The notes beneath the pieces were generated by a model. The model saw only the letters and a list, made by a program, of their open reading frames with translations. It searched no databases and was not told the origin of the DNA. DNA of 64,000 bases, taken from Malacoraja senta (taxonomy: Eukaryota). The stretch spans positions 3,660,001 to 3,724,000 of the forward strand of contig CM075994.1 of NCBI GenBank assembly GCA_038087875.1, written 5' to 3'. Position numbers and translations under genes: made by a program. Each line of letters starts with the position of its first letter. The first letter of the stretch is position 1. Shown here piece by piece: positions 11,305 to 25,354 of this stretch.

Positions 11305-14300
11305 TAATTTGGCATGTCGCAAAGGTAATGCTACGGTGGTTATGGGAGATTTCAACATGCAGGTAGACTGGAAAAATCAGGTTGGTACTGGACCCCAAGA
11401 AAGGGAGTTTGTGGTGTGCCTGCGAGATGGATTCTTAGAGCAAATTCAACTGGAGCCTAGCGGGGAGAAAGCAATTCTGGAGTTAGTGTTGTGTAATGAA
11501 CGGGATTTGATAAAGGAACTCGAGGTAAAGGAGCCATTAGGAGGCAGTGACCGTAATATGATATCTTAATCTACAAATTGAGAGGGAGACTGCACTATCG
11601 GAAGTGTCAGTATTACAGTTGAATAAAGGGGACTATGGAGTCATGGGGGAGGAGATGGCCAAAGGTGACTGGAAAGGGAACCTAGCACCGATGACAGTGG
11701 AACAGCAATGGCAGCTATTTCTGGGGTTAATGCAGAAGGTGCAGGATCATTTCATTCCAAAGAGGAAGAACGATTCTAAGGGAAGTAAGAGGGGACCGTG
11801 GCTGACAGGGTAAGTCAATGTCAGTATAAAAATAAAAGATAATAAGTATAACATAGCAAAGATTAGCCGGAAGCCAGCGTATAGGGAAACTTTAAAAGAG
11901 CTACAGAATATAACTAAAAAGGCAATACGTGGAGAAAAGATGAGGTACGAAAGTAAGCTATCCAAGAATATAAAGGGGGATATTAAAATTGTTTAGGTAT
12001 GTGTGGAGGAAAAATAGTTTAAACCAAAGTTCGACCCTTGAAGACAGAAACAGATGAATTTATTATGGGGAACAACGAATTGGCAGACGAATTGAACATG
12101 TACTTTGGATCTGTCTTCACCTAGGAAGACACAAACAATCTCCCAGATGTACTAGTGGTCAGAGGACCTAGGGTGACAGAGGAACTGAAGGAAATTCACA
12201 TTAGGCAGGAAATGATGTTGGGCAAACTGATGGGACAGAAGGCCGGCAAATCTCCTGGGCCAGATGGTCTGCATCCCAGGATACTTAAGAAAGTGGCTCT
12301 TGAAATTGTGGACGCATTGGTGATTATTTTCCAACGTTCTATAGATTCAGGATCAGTCCCTGTGGATTGGAGGCTAGCTAATGATCACTTTTTAAGAAAG
12401 GACGGATAGACCAGTTAACCTGACATCGGTGGTGGGGAAGATGCTGGAGTCAATTATGAAAGATGAAACAGCGGCACATTTGGATAGCAGTAATAGGATC
12501 GGTCCGAGTCAACATGGAATTACGAAGGGGAAATCATGCTTGACTAATCTACTGGACATTTTTGAAGATGTAACTAGGAAAATGGACAAGGGAGATCCAG
12601 TGGATGTAATGTACCTGGACTTTCACAAAGCCTTTGACAAGGTCTCACATAGGAGATTATTGGGCAAAATGAGAGAACATGGTATTGAGTGTAGGGTACT
12701 GACATGGTTAAAAATGTGCTTGGCAGATAGGAAACAAAGAGTAGGGATTAACGTGTCCCTTTCAGAATGGCAGGCAGTACATAGTCGGGTACCCCTGGGC
12801 TCGGTGCTGGGACCGCAGTTATTTACAATATACTTTAATGATTTACTTGAAGCGATTAAGAGTAACATAAGCAAATTTGCAGATGAGACTGCGTGACAAT
12901 GTGAACTGTGAGGTTGATGCTACGAGGATGCAGGGTGACTTGGACAGGTTGGGTGAGTGGCAGATGCATAGCAGATGCAGTTTAATGCGGATAAATGTGA
13001 GGTTATACACTTGGTGGCATAAACAGGAAGGTAGATTATTATCTGAATGGTATCAAGTTAGGAATAGAGGAAATATAACGAGATATGTGTGTCACTGTGC
13101 ACCATTCATTGAAAGTAAGCATGCAGGTACAGCAGGCATTGAAGAAAGCTAATGGCATGGTGGCCTTCATAACAAGAGGAGTTGAGTATAGGAATAAAAT
13201 AGGTCCTACTGCAGTTGTACAAGGCCATAGTGAGACCACATCTGGAGTATTGTGTGTAGTTTTGATCCTCAAATTTGAGGGAAGACGTTCTTGCTATTCA
13301 GGGAGTGCAGCATTGGTTCACGAGGTGAAAAACAACTTATTTTCAGTTTCTTAACTTGCCTGAGATGCGATTGTTTCACGGGTCACATCTCCGGCCGATC
13401 TGCAGCCTACCATCGATGGAGTTGGAGTCCTCCTCGGACTGACTTCTGGCCCATCGCGGGGTGTGGACGTAACATCCCAGCTGATCCCTTGACTTGGATC
13501 CAACCGCGGCCTGCGCATTTACCATCAGGAGCATGCAGCCTCAGGAGAGGCTACTCGGGAGCTCCAACGACTCGGAGGCTCGACCAGCCCCGACCGGCAG
13601 CTCCCGATGCAGGAGCTGACCGTCCCGATGCGGAGGGCCCTAACGCCGCCGGCTATGGGAGTCAAGATCGTCCAGTCAACGGAGGGCTCGAGGTCCCCTA
13701 CCGCGGGAGAGCATCGAAGAGAAGAGATTTGAACTTTATTTCGCCTTCCATCACAGTGAGGAATGTCATGGACTCACCGTGGTGGATGTTTATGTTTAAA
13801 TGTATTTTGTGTGTTCCGTTGCTTATTATTTGTTTGACAGACTTGGCAAATGAAATTCATCGTATGTAGCAACACATAATTGGCTAATAAACTATTATTG
13901 TGATTGTGATTGTGATTGTGAATTTAGAAGGATGTGAGGGGATCTTGTTGAAATATATAAGACTGTTAAGGGATTGGGCATGCTAGAGGCAGGGAACATG
14001 TTCCCGATGTTGGGGAATCCAGAAACAGGGGTCGCAGTTTAAGAATAAGGGGTAGGCCATTTAGAACGGAGATGAGGAAAATATTTTTCAGCCAGAGAGT
14101 TGCGAATCTGTGGAATTCTCTGTCTCAGAAGGCGGTGGAGGCCAGTTCTCTGGCTGTTTTCAAGAGAGAGTTAGATAGAGCTCTTAAAGATAGCGGAGTC
14201 AAAGGATATGTGAAGAAGGCGTGAACGCGATACTGATTGTGGATGATCAGCCATGATCACAGTGAATGGCGGTGCTGGCTAAAAGGGCCGCACCTATTGA

Positions 14301-14338
14301 CTATTGTTTCTCCTACTCCTGCACCTATTGACCATTGT
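11305..14338 (+). mobile_element. CR1 LINE, 5'-truncated and decayed, interrupted at 13327-13921
   Basis: VVMGDFN, KSPGPDGLHP, YLDFHKAFDKV, SKFAD; 3' UTR with cacctattgac tail. Confidence 0.9.
13327..13921 (+). mobile_element. GC-rich non-autonomous retroposon (SINE-like), 5'-truncated
   Basis: Homologous to 58105-58876 and to 29609-30427 (-); AATAAA plus (TTGTGA)n tail; sits inside a CR1. Confidence 0.7.
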
Positions 14339-14344
14339 TTCTTC

Positions 14345-15290
14345 ATCGTCTTGGAGAACTAAAGAGGTGCCAATTATTCAGGGTACAAATATGCATTCAC
14401 CGCATTATCGCTTCTCTGAGTGGATCACCATAAAATACCACAGAATACTGGTGGGGAGATTTTTTGAAAGGTTTGGATCAATTTCAACCAGTACACCGTG
14501 TAATCAAATAACTCGTAAAGTCGCAATTCCTATAGAAAATAGACAACTACAAATCCCATATCTGGGAATTTTAAATCACATTTGGCCTAGCCTGGAACAG
14601 ACACATAAACCAGACTGCCACAAAAGCAAACGGAACTTTGGGACTTCTCCGGATAAACTTATCCACTTGTGACAAACCAGCTAAGGAGGTAGCGTACAAA
14701 GTACTCGTCCGCCCACTGTTGGAATATTGCCAGACAATATGGGAGCCTCACCAGAAAAATAACATTGACACCCTTGACAAGGTGCAGAGGCGTGCAGCCC
14801 GGTTTGATAATAATGACTACTCAATACAGTCATGTGTTTCCGATATGTTAAATCGCTTTGGCTAGGAGTTGCTGGAGTCAAGACGCACCAAAGCCCGCTC
14901 ATGTACTGTTTACAATGAGACTCATGGCATCATCTCCATTAACATATCTCACGTCATTCAATCCAATACCCAGAAATCTACAAGACAGTCTTCATGTCAC
15001 TTTATTCATACTAGAATCAGAGCAAACAAAAATAGCTATCTACGGGCACTATATCAATGTACTATGTCAGAGAAGAACATCTTTCCTGACACGAGCAGGT
15101 GTGCACCAACCGTGTCACTCTTCAAGTTACAGCTCGACAACTTGTACATGGATCGTCTCAGCAAATTTGCCCTCATAAAAATCTAAATAACCCTTTTGCA
15201 ACCAGTGCCCATGCGAGCGTAACCTGCAAGAGATAGGCCAGCTGTTGGCGGTTGTGCAGTAAACAAGCAGAAACAGAAGCAGAAACAAAC
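14345..15290 (+). mobile_element. Divergent non-LTR retrotransposon 3' end (clade uncertain)
   Basis: AYKVLVRPLLEYCQTIWEPH...LDKVQRRAARF RT C-terminal motif; gcagaa-like tail. Confidence 0.75.
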
Positions 15291-15482
15291 ACTGAGACAG
15301 GCAAATTAAAATAGAGACGCATTTATTAGTAGTGGTCTCAATCTCCTACTTTTGCATGTTTCCAGTTGACCCGGTTCCATTTACCATTCAAGTAAGAGTA
15401 ACAAACGAAGCGCTGCCATTGGGTGTAGTATACTGCTAAGTGAAGACGTTTGTGATTTGACCATGTATTCCATCTTCCACAG

Positions 15483-15509
15483 ATGATAGATTGGCTCAAC
15501 TGAGAACAG
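15483..15509 (+). CDS. Micro-exon 27 nt, phase 1 (DDRLAQLRT)
   Basis: ttccatcttccacag|...|gtatag. Confidence 0.65.
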
Positions 15510-15695
15510 GTATAGAAAGAGTTTGTGAATCAAACTTTACCAAAACACAAATGTGGGATTTATTGAAATAATAAATTAATTGGAATGTTTCCAGTAAGTA
15601 ATATATAACCTGCAGTATCTCCTGAATAACAACAATACCAACAACAACAGCAGCAACAAAAATATCAATGATAACAATAATAATTGCATTTTCAG

Positions 15696-15722
15696 AGCTT
15701 CAGGAACTCCGCAAAAGCACAC
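15696..15722 (+). CDS. Micro-exon 27 nt (ELQELRKST)
   Basis: ttgcattttcag|...|gtgggt. Confidence 0.6.
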
Positions 15723-16610
15723 GTGGGTAACAAAACAGCCTATATGTAGTCTTTGAATCATGTCTGAGGTTTGTTGACCGGATGTTAGTATGAAAGAACA
15801 AATATGTATTGATTTTCATGCTAAGAAATTACAACAAATCATCTGAATTAAAGTGATGTGGGAATAATATGCCAAATTATGTTGACAATAAGCGAGTTCG
15901 GAATTTCGATAAGCGCAAGGAGTCATGGGATTTTTCATTCTGGAAAAGGAACAAGCGAACCCAGCGCTGTATAAACTGTGTATAAATTGTTAACTATTCC
16001 ACCAGGGAATTCATCTAGAATTCTGTCCACTCAATAACGTTATTTCTTTGTCTGCTGTTTACTCATTATTTACACAGTCCCAGTTCTAGTTCAGTTCATT
16101 AATCTGCAATTATGATTATTCAAAAAGTATAAGAATTTATTATTTGCATTTAATCCTTCATGTTTATTTGTACGTAATGAGCTGACTCGAGCACAAATCA
16201 AGATACAACGCATGTTTATTAAATCTACTTACAGGACGGATCTGCAGACATTACATCTCCGAGCTACTACTCATACTAACTAGCGTAGGCAAGCTCTTGA
16301 TAATATAAAGCACATAATAGACGGAGTCACTACTAACAAGCATTATAATTTGCTAGTATGAAATAGCCAATCTACATTACTGAAATAAGAAAATATTACT
16401 TGTGTTTGAAACATTTTCTCATCTTTAGTCATAATTTATGTGTAAAAATAGTTTTAATCTGAGGCAGGCAGCGACTGCATCAGTGTGATGTGGGCTAATG
16501 CTTTACCTACAGACGGGATGTACCTTTCAGGCACACATTCATCTCCGTGGAATACTGAGTACAGGGTTGTCCCTGTCAAGGCGCCGCCAATCCGACATTC
16601 TACATTTAAC

Positions 16611-16932
16611 TGCGAAATATCTGCCCTTTAGTATTGGTTAGGTTGAGTTGAAGTTCTGTGCTGTTCCAAGTTTGCGGTGCGTTTCCCCGACCCAGCTCGC
16701 CCAGTGCACGTTGACCAGCACAGTTAACCAGCCCTTGTTAGCAGAGGCTCTTTGTGCAGGTATTACCCGACGCCCAAAGGTTTTATGTGTAGGTTCTGCG
16801 GTAGGATCGGGCACGAAGCGAGCTAGCGAGAGGGCTGTCAGATCAGATCAGCCCAGGTAGTCGAGTGGTCGAAGGGCGGATTTTAATGGGTCGCCATTAA
16901 ACTGTTCTGTCCGTGCGGCATCGCCAGCTCTC

Positions 16933-16970
<38 letters not shown>

Positions 16971-17526
16971 AGATCCCCCACCGCAACTGTCGACAATGTC
17001 TGACTGAGAAAATGCTCCCACTCAGAATACGGGTTGGCTCCGCGTTTGCCCACTCGCTGCGGCGGGCGCGCCTTCTTCAAAGAGACAGAGAACATGTCCC
17101 GTCAGCTGGGGAGCTGCGACCAACTCCTGGGTGAAGCCTCTAGTTTGGCTGCGGTTCAAATGGCTGCAAATTCTCACAATTATCACAGCCCGGTCACCCG
17201 GACACGGTTCCCAACTGTGTGCCCTGACAGACTGGAACCAACCCCAGAGGTTGAAGCGACTGCATCTTTATATAAGCCAACCCACCTCGAAAGTTTAACC
17301 AGCCTGTTCGAATCCAATATGAACTTTCCAATCACAAGATTAAAACAGAAAATTAGAATGTCAAATACTGATTAAACTTATCCAATGTTATGGAAATCAG
17401 AAGAAATATGATTAGTCAGGAGACTTGACTAAGTTTCATACTACACAACTTTACTTACAAATGTACGTGCAGAACTGATTCAGAACTCTATTGATGGTTA
17501 TAGAAATCATACATTTCATTCTCACC
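16611..17526. mobile_element. Possible solo LTR or other interspersed repeat containing (CT)n
   Basis: GC-richer block with degenerate tg...ttctcac termini and TATA/CCAAT-like motifs; no clear TSD. Confidence 0.3.
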
Positions 17527-18989
17527 CCTCCAAAACAAAAACAATTAAAAATGCGTGTTATTCATCGTCACGATGTCGCTCACTCACCGAAACATAACGC
17601 AATAAACACTAACAAAAGCATCGAGGTTTTGTACAAATGAACCACTAATACACCCAGTAAATTATTTTGAAACCAGTATTGTCTTACCTCGAAGAAGCAA
17701 AAGTGGAAAATACGGATGAAACGCAGGTCTGTATACACGCACAGCTCAGCTGGCGAGAATGTTTATCCCGAATGATCTAAGGCCTGGGAATGCGCATTTG
17801 AAATGCCGAACTCGCTTATTGCCAGTGATTCGCTAACGGAATGTTTGGCCAGATAATGAACACAAGGAGACTGAATCGGCTCGGTTATCCTTTATAATCT
17901 GCGTAAAATATCCATTCTGTAAGCGACAAAGAAAACAAAACATTAGGCGCTTCGGAGGACAGTGGTTCACAATAACGACCTTGCGATGTCTGCAAGATTT
18001 CCAGAAAGACAAACGAATGGTAGTGAGGTTTTAAAGGCTAAAATGAATGGCCGGGAGACGGACAGATTTAATCGGGGGATTTAGTGAAGTGGTTTGACTT
18101 AACTATCATAGAAACATACAAAACAGGTGCAGTAGGAGGCCATTTGGCCGTCCGAGCCAGCGCCACCATTCATTGTGATCATGGCTGATCATCCACAATC
18201 AGTAACCCGTGCATGCCTTCTCCCCATATGCCTTGATTCCGCTAGCCCCTAGAGTTCTATCTAACTCTCTTTTAAATTCATCCAGTTAATTGGCCTCTAC
18301 TGCCTTCTGTGGCAGATAATTCCACAAATTCACATCTCTCTGGGTAAAAACGTTTCTTCTCATCTCATTTTTAAATGGCCTCTCCTTTATTCTTAGACTG
18401 TAGCCCCTGGTTCCAGACTCCCCCAACATTGGGGACATTTTTCCTACATCTAGCTTGTCCAGTCCTTTTATCTATTATTATCTATTTCTATTCTTATTAT
18501 ACTAAACGTCTCATCTTGAACACTTCCTCACTATATTTTTAATTGATTTTAGAAAAAACTCTACCCTATATCGCGATGATTTTTTGGCCATCTTACTCAC
18601 AGTCCTCCTCCGCCGCAGCTTACCCGACGATTTTTCCGATCGCTGAAAAATAAAAAAGGTATGAACGTTTAAAAAACCTTGAGATCAGCTGATTGGTACT
18701 CTCGCCTGTCAATCGCCATGATGAAGGTAACGCCCCTTCCGGGGGGGGGGCAGGATTATAAAGACCCGGATGTCGGACGTGTGTCAGTCACTCTGGAAGA
18801 TAGTGAGTGAGAGGCCACAACTGTGATTCGAAGCTGTGAGTCAACTGAACTGTGAGTCTCTGAACTGTGAGTCTACTGAATTGTGAGTCTACAGTGTGCT
18901 TGCAATAAATGATTTGTAACCCCGCAATGTGGTTGCAATGAATGATGATTTGTTGACCCTTAAAGTTCTTGCTATAAATGATTTGTTAC

Positions 18990-19405
18990 TCCCACTGTGT
19001 TTGGAGAAATGAATGCTTTGTTAGCCCCCACTGTGTTTGGAAGGAATAAATGCTTTCTTAGCCCGCTCTGTGTTTGGAAGGAATAAATGATATGTTAGGC
19101 CCCACTGTGTTTGTAAGGAATAAATGCTTTGTTAGCTCCCACTATGTTTGGAAGGAATAAATGCGTTGTTAGCCCCCAGTGTGTTTGGCAGGAATAACTG
19201 ATTTGTTAGCCCCCACTCTATTTGGAAGTAATAAATGCTTTGCTAGCCCCCACTGTATTTGGAAGGAATAAATGATTTGTTAGCCCCCACTGTGTTTGGA
19301 AGGAATAAATGGTGTGTTAGCGCCCACTGTCTTTCGGAGGAATAAATTAGTTGTTAGCCCCCACTGTGTGTGGAGGGAAGAAATTATATGTTAACCCCCA
19401 CTGTG
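18990..19405. repeat. About 41-bp minisatellite
   Basis: About 10 copies of ttagcccccactgtgtttggaaggaataaatgxtttg. Confidence 0.9.
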
Positions 19406-19409
19406 CTTA

Positions 19410-19600
19410 GTCCAAAGGTCCCGCTCATTCCTTAAGTTCCGCTTAGTGGAGAGGGCGCGCTGATTGCTTAAGTTCCGCTTAGTGGAGAGGTCGCGCTGAT
19501 TGAATGCGTAAGTTCCGCTGAGCGCATAGGTCGCGCTGCTTGCGCAAGTGCCGCTCATTGCGGAAGTCGCACTCAGTGGAGAGGCCGCGCTCAGCCGTGT
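19410..19600. repeat. About 18-bp degenerate minisatellite
   Basis: aagttccgctcattgc-like units. Confidence 0.7.
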
Positions 19601-19824
19601 GAGTAGATTCAAGAGAGTTTCACTGTCATATTTATGGTGTGTGTGTGCCTGTGTGTATGTGTGACTGTGTGTGACTGTGTGTGTGACAGTGTGTGTGAGA
19701 GAGTGTGTGTGTGTGTGTGTGTGAGGTGGAGGATGTGAGTGTATGGTGTGTATGAGTGAGTGTGATTCTGTGTGTGTATGTGTGTGTGAGGTGGAGCTGT
19801 GTGTGCATGTGTGTGCATGTGTGT

Positions 19825-21260
19825 GGTTGGCCCTCAGCTCACTGTGCTTGACTTGACTTGAATTGACTTGACTTGGATTGTTGACCCTGCACTCACTGTA
19901 CTTGACTTGACTTGACTTAACTTGACTTCACTTGGGTTGGATTGTTGGCACTGCACTCACTGTGCTTGATTTGACTTGACTTGACTTGGATTGGATTGTT
20001 GGCCCTGCACACACTTTGCTTGCCTTGACTTGACTTGACTTGCCTTGGATTGGATTGGAGGCCCTGCACTCACTGAGCTGGACTTGAATTGAAAATGAAT
20101 GGATTGGATTGTTGGCCCTGCACTCACTGTGCTTGACTTGACTTGAATTGAAATGAAATGGATTGGATTGTTTGCCCTGCACGCACTGTGCTTGACTTGA
20201 CTTGAATTGAAATGGAATGGATTGGATTGTTGGACCTGCACTCATGTGCTTGACTTGACTTGACTTGACTTGAATTGAAATGGAATGCATTGGATTATTG
20301 GCACTGCACTGACTGTGCTTGACTTGACTTGAATTGAAATGGAATGGATTGGATTGTTGGCACTGCACCCACTGTACTTGACATGAGTTGACTTGAATTG
20401 AATGCATTGAAATGGAATGGATTGGATTGTTGGCCCTGCACTCACTGTGCTTGACTTGACTTGAATTGAAATTGAATGGTTTGGATTGTTGGCCCTGCAC
20501 TCACTGTGCTTGACTTGACATGACTTGGAATGGAATGGAATGGATTGGATTGGATTGTTGTCCCTGCACTCACTGTGCTCGACTTGACTTGACTTGAAAT
20601 GGAATGAATCGGATTCTTGGCCCTGCACTCACTGTGCATGACTTGACTTGACTTGACTTGACTTGAAATGGAAAGGAATGGATTGGATTGTTGGACCTGT
20701 ATTCACCGTGCCTTACTTGCCGATTTGATTTGACTTGACTTGACTTGACATGAATTGACTTGACTTGACATGACTTGACTTGACTTGACTTGACTTGACT
20801 TGACTTGACTTGACTTGACTTGACTTGACTTGACTTGGAATGGATTGGATTGTTAGCCCTGCTCTCACTGTACTTGACTTGACTTGACATGGAATGAATT
20901 GTTGGCGCTGCACTCACTGTGCTTGACTTGAATTGAATTGAAATGGAATGGATTGGATTGTTGGCCCTGCACTCACTGTGCTTGACTTGACGACTTGAAT
21001 TGAAATGGAATTGATTGGATTGTTGGCCCCGCACTAATTTGACTTGATTTTACTTGACTTGACTTGGAATAGATTGGATTGTTGGCCCTGCACTCACTGT
21101 GCTTGCCTTGACTTGAAATGGAATAGAATGGATTGGATTGTTGGCCCTGCACTCACTCTGCTTGACTTGACTTGACATGACATGGATTGGATTGTTGCCC
21201 CTGCACTCACTGTGCTTGAGTTGAAATGTAATGGATTTGATTATTGACCCTGCACTCTGC
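19825..21260. repeat. Composite satellite of about 50-70 bp units with (CTTGA)n and GGAAT/GGATT pentamers
   Basis: Recurrent ggattggattgttggccctgcactcactgtgcttgacttgacttg. Confidence 0.92.
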
Positions 21261-21269
21261 TTGATCCAA

Positions 21270-21430
21270 ATGTCCCGCTCAATCCGGATTCCCCGCTCAC
21301 TCCGGAAGCTCCGCTCACTCCGGAAGCCCCGCTCACTCCGGAACTCCCGCTCACTCCGGAAATCCCGCTCACTCCGCAAGTCCCGCTCACTCTGGAAGAC
21401 CCGCTCACTGCTGATGTCCCTCTCCGTGGA
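21270..21430. repeat. 18-bp minisatellite
   Basis: cccgctcactccggaag units. Confidence 0.9.
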
Positions 21431-21486
21431 GAGGCTGCGCTCAGCCGCGTGAGTAGATTCATGGGAGTTTTACTTTCGTATATATG

Positions 21487-22145
<659 letters not shown>

Positions 22146-23944
22146 TAGCCCACTAGCCGTGAGTCAACTGCCAGCCCACCAGCCGTGAGTCAACTGCCAG
22201 CCCACCAGCCGTGAGTGAACTGCCAGCCCACAAGCCGTGAGTGAGTGAGTTAACTGGCAGCCCACCTTTGGCCTACGTGAAACCACTCATTTCGACCCAC
22301 AAGCCCCGTATTAGCCCAGAAACCAGTCAGTTTTGCCCCAAATGCACGTATTAGTCCAGGAGGATGAATTTGGCATAAACGGCCCGTGCCAGGCTAGGAA
22401 AAGTCCAGAAAATTGCCTTTCACTGAGATTTCACTCAGATTTTTATAAAGAGTCCCCTCGGCCCATCAGGCCTGTATTGGACCAGGAGGAGTTCCTTCGG
22501 TTCCTTCGGTAAGTTTTCCCCTTGTAAGTGTTAAACCTCACCCCAGTATTTTTCTCCCTCCATTCATTGGCTCATTGTGAGATCCATTCCAGGTTAGACT
22601 TTCCTCCTTCTTAATGTGATCTGTAGAAAAAGATGAAAAATGTCGAAATATTAATTCTCCACCCTCTCCCCTTTCTCTCTCGCAGAATATCTCACCCGAT
22701 TTGTGAAGAATTTCTGGCAGTTTCTGAGCTGCCAGCCCACCAGCACTGAGCTGCCAGCCCGCCAGCCCTGAGTGACTAGGCTGCCAGCCCGCCAGGCATG
22801 AGTGACTGAGCTGCCAGGCCCGAGGGACTGAGCTGCCAACCCAAGAATCCATTAGGCCCACAATGTCCATACTAGCCCCCTGGAAACCAGTTCCTTCGGA
22901 CCACAACACCCATACTAGCGCTCCTGAACCTCTCACTGGCCACCAATATTGAAATTGGTGGAGAGGTGGAATATTGCGTTGGGGGACCAGCCCTTCCGTG
23001 TGAACATGGGACCCAACGTGTCCCACATGGTCTAGTAGTTTTATATGTTTCTATGAGATATCCTCTCATCCTTCTAAATTCCAGTGAATACGAGCTTTCC
23101 TCCTATGACAGTCCCGCCGTCCCGGGGGGTTAACCTCGTGAACCTATGCTGCATTGCCTCAATAACAGGAATGTCCTTCCTCAAATCAGGGGACCAAAAC
23201 TGCACACAATACTCCAGATGTGGTCTCACCAGGGCCCTGTACAACTGCAGAAGGACCACTTTACTCCTACACTCAAATCCTCTCGTTATGAAGGCCAACA
23301 TGTCATTAGCTTATTTCACTGCCTAACGGAAGATACAATAAACAATTTCATTCGGGAAGGTTCTGTAATGAAGGGAGAGTAAAATATCGACATTCTGATG
23401 CTCAAAGTTGAAGCTCCATTTCAAGACTGCCGCCATTACCCCGATGAGGGTATACAGTGAAGATTCGCGGATGGAAGAGAAGCTGAGACGGCACGCTTCT
23501 CATAATATCTTCTGATGTTTGTAGAAACTCCATTGACAAACCGATAATAATTAGCCCGATACCGCTTTTTTTTACAGTTTTCCTTTTATGTCCATCGAGC
23601 ATTTTGGTACATCACTTCTGACGTTAATGTATCCCAGTTCACTTTGGGATAATGTCTCTGTCAGTGTACCAAGTGCAAGTATCCCAACAGATGAATGTAC
23701 CAATTTTTACCAATGGTTTAATTTTATGTCTGTTTTATTTTATTTGGCACAGACGGGAAAGGGCGTGTATCAGGCAGCTGATTTGAGATCACATTTCACA
23801 CCATTGGAAATTTTAATGTGTTATCTATTTTCAATGGTTTCCAATCTTGGAAAAATTATGTTTGGCAATGCAAATTATTTCAATCTGCGATCTGCAAATT
23901 CGTTTACAATCACTTGTACGTTTAGTATATATTTGTTTTTACAG

Positions 23945-23971
23945 AGGAACAGTTGCTTGCAAAAGAGAAAG
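23945..23971 (+). CDS. Micro-exon 27 nt (xEQLLAKEK)
   Basis: ttgtttttacag|...|gtctga. Confidence 0.65.
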
Positions 23972-24219
23972 GTCTGATTCTTCCATTTTTATTGACTACA
24001 TTTAGCCCAACAACTCATATAGAACTCTTAGAACATTGGCTCCTGATACCCAACAACTTGCTGAACGCAAAAAATAGGAAAAGTTACAATTGTTGAATGT
24101 TTTATCTACAATTGGGGGGGGGGGGCATTTACATTGACATACCAATCCGAACGAGTTTTGGATGTGCGAGGAAACTGTGGCATGCCGGAAAACCCACACG
24201 GTTAGAAGAACGTAAAAGC

Positions 24220-24372
24220 AAAGTGATTGTGAAACTCAGCAGATCGGGCAGCATTTGCCTAGGGGAAAAACCGACGACGTTTCGGGACTCGAAGCTGTGT
24301 CGCCAGATGCTGCCTGACCTGTTGAATTTATTCAGCACATTGTATTTTCTGCTCAGGATTCCAGCATCTGAT
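24220..24372. mobile_element. Palindromic Penelope pLTR-derived element
   Basis: actcagcagatcgggcagcat ... agatgctgcctgacctgttga inverted arms. Confidence 0.55.
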
Positions 24373-24844
24373 TACAGTTAACACTAATGCTTGTGATTAC
24401 ATCCATTATTTATTCACGGTGAGAATGGGAATTGGTAAAGTTCACACAAGTAACACCAGAAGTAAGGAACGAAGTCGTGTCGCTGAGGTGCGAAACACCA
24501 TCTCGGTGTGCTGTGTCCCTGCGTCACCTTGTTATTGTATATTGTACAACCAGTTTTGCCCGAATGATAATTATTTCCAATTTATGGTTTGGTGAAGGTT
24601 AATCAGTCATTAATCAAATATATTCAGAGGTAATATCTGCAATATGTATTTACATATCAATTTTAACAATGAATCGTCAAGCTGACGAATACCGTGATAA
24701 GGGCGCTTGGTCCATATTTTAGCATGGCTCCAGTCTTCAGTAGGCGATGATACTCGGGCTAGCGTATCTACGAATATAGACACAAAATGATGGAAAATTA
24801 TGCCTGAAGTCACCTAAAAATCGCCTAAGTGGCACAGGGGGGAA

Positions 24845-24915
24845 AATCAGCAGGGCAGGCAGCATCTCTGGAAAGATGAATGAGTGACGTTTCGGGTCGA
24901 GCCCTTGTTCAGACG
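24845..24915 (-). mobile_element. Penelope pLTR fragment with variant hammerhead core
   Basis: Reverse complement reads ctgaacaagggctcgacccgaaacgtcactc...agagatgctgcc. Confidence 0.6.
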
Positions 24916-25136
24916 GTTTTGTTTGAGCTGAAACATAAATGCCTCAAAATGTAATGCTGTAAAATAGCTGGCCACGGTTCCGGTAAATGTGCCTTCACAT
25001 TTTTCAAAGAATTGTTATTGCAATTCGATTTGTATAACTCAAGGTAATTGTAATGAAGTTGTAATTGTAATTTTACCGCTGAAACGCTATACAACCATTG
25101 CTCTAACGTACTAATCTCATTTTTTTTTGTTTTCAG

Positions 25137-25172
25137 AACTGAGTACTGCGTTTGTAAATCAAAAAGAAAACG
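25137..25172 (+). CDS. Micro-exon 36 nt (ELSTAFVNQKEN)
   Basis: Branch-point-like tactaat; tttttttgttttcag|...|gtgagc. Confidence 0.75.
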
Positions 25173-25327
25173 GTGAGCACTGCTAGAGACATACCCGTGA
25201 ATTATTCCACTATTTTGATACAAGGAGAAGCAGATGCTGAAGATTATTTCACCACGTTAGTTTCGGAATTAATCATTGTTCTTTGGTCATGGCCTTGGAT
25301 CTAATATGCTTTTGTTATGGCTTTTAG

Positions 25328-25354
25328 AAATGCAATTAAAAGAAAACGAAAGAG
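25328..25354 (+). CDS. Micro-exon 27 nt (EMQLKENER)
   Basis: ggcttttag|...|gtactg. Confidence 0.65.

Noticed and set aside
15366..15391. 26-nt segment with good splice signals (also 32-nt candidates at 17695 and 36970)
   Set aside because: Not a multiple of 3; could be a phase-changing or decayed exon but cannot be placed.
16169..16338. Possible 170-bp TG...CA solo LTR
   Set aside because: No target-site duplication and only one copy in the window.
18990..19405. 41-bp direct repeats superficially like a CRISPR array
   Set aside because: Head-to-tail with no unique spacers, no cas genes, and located inside a eukaryotic Helitron.
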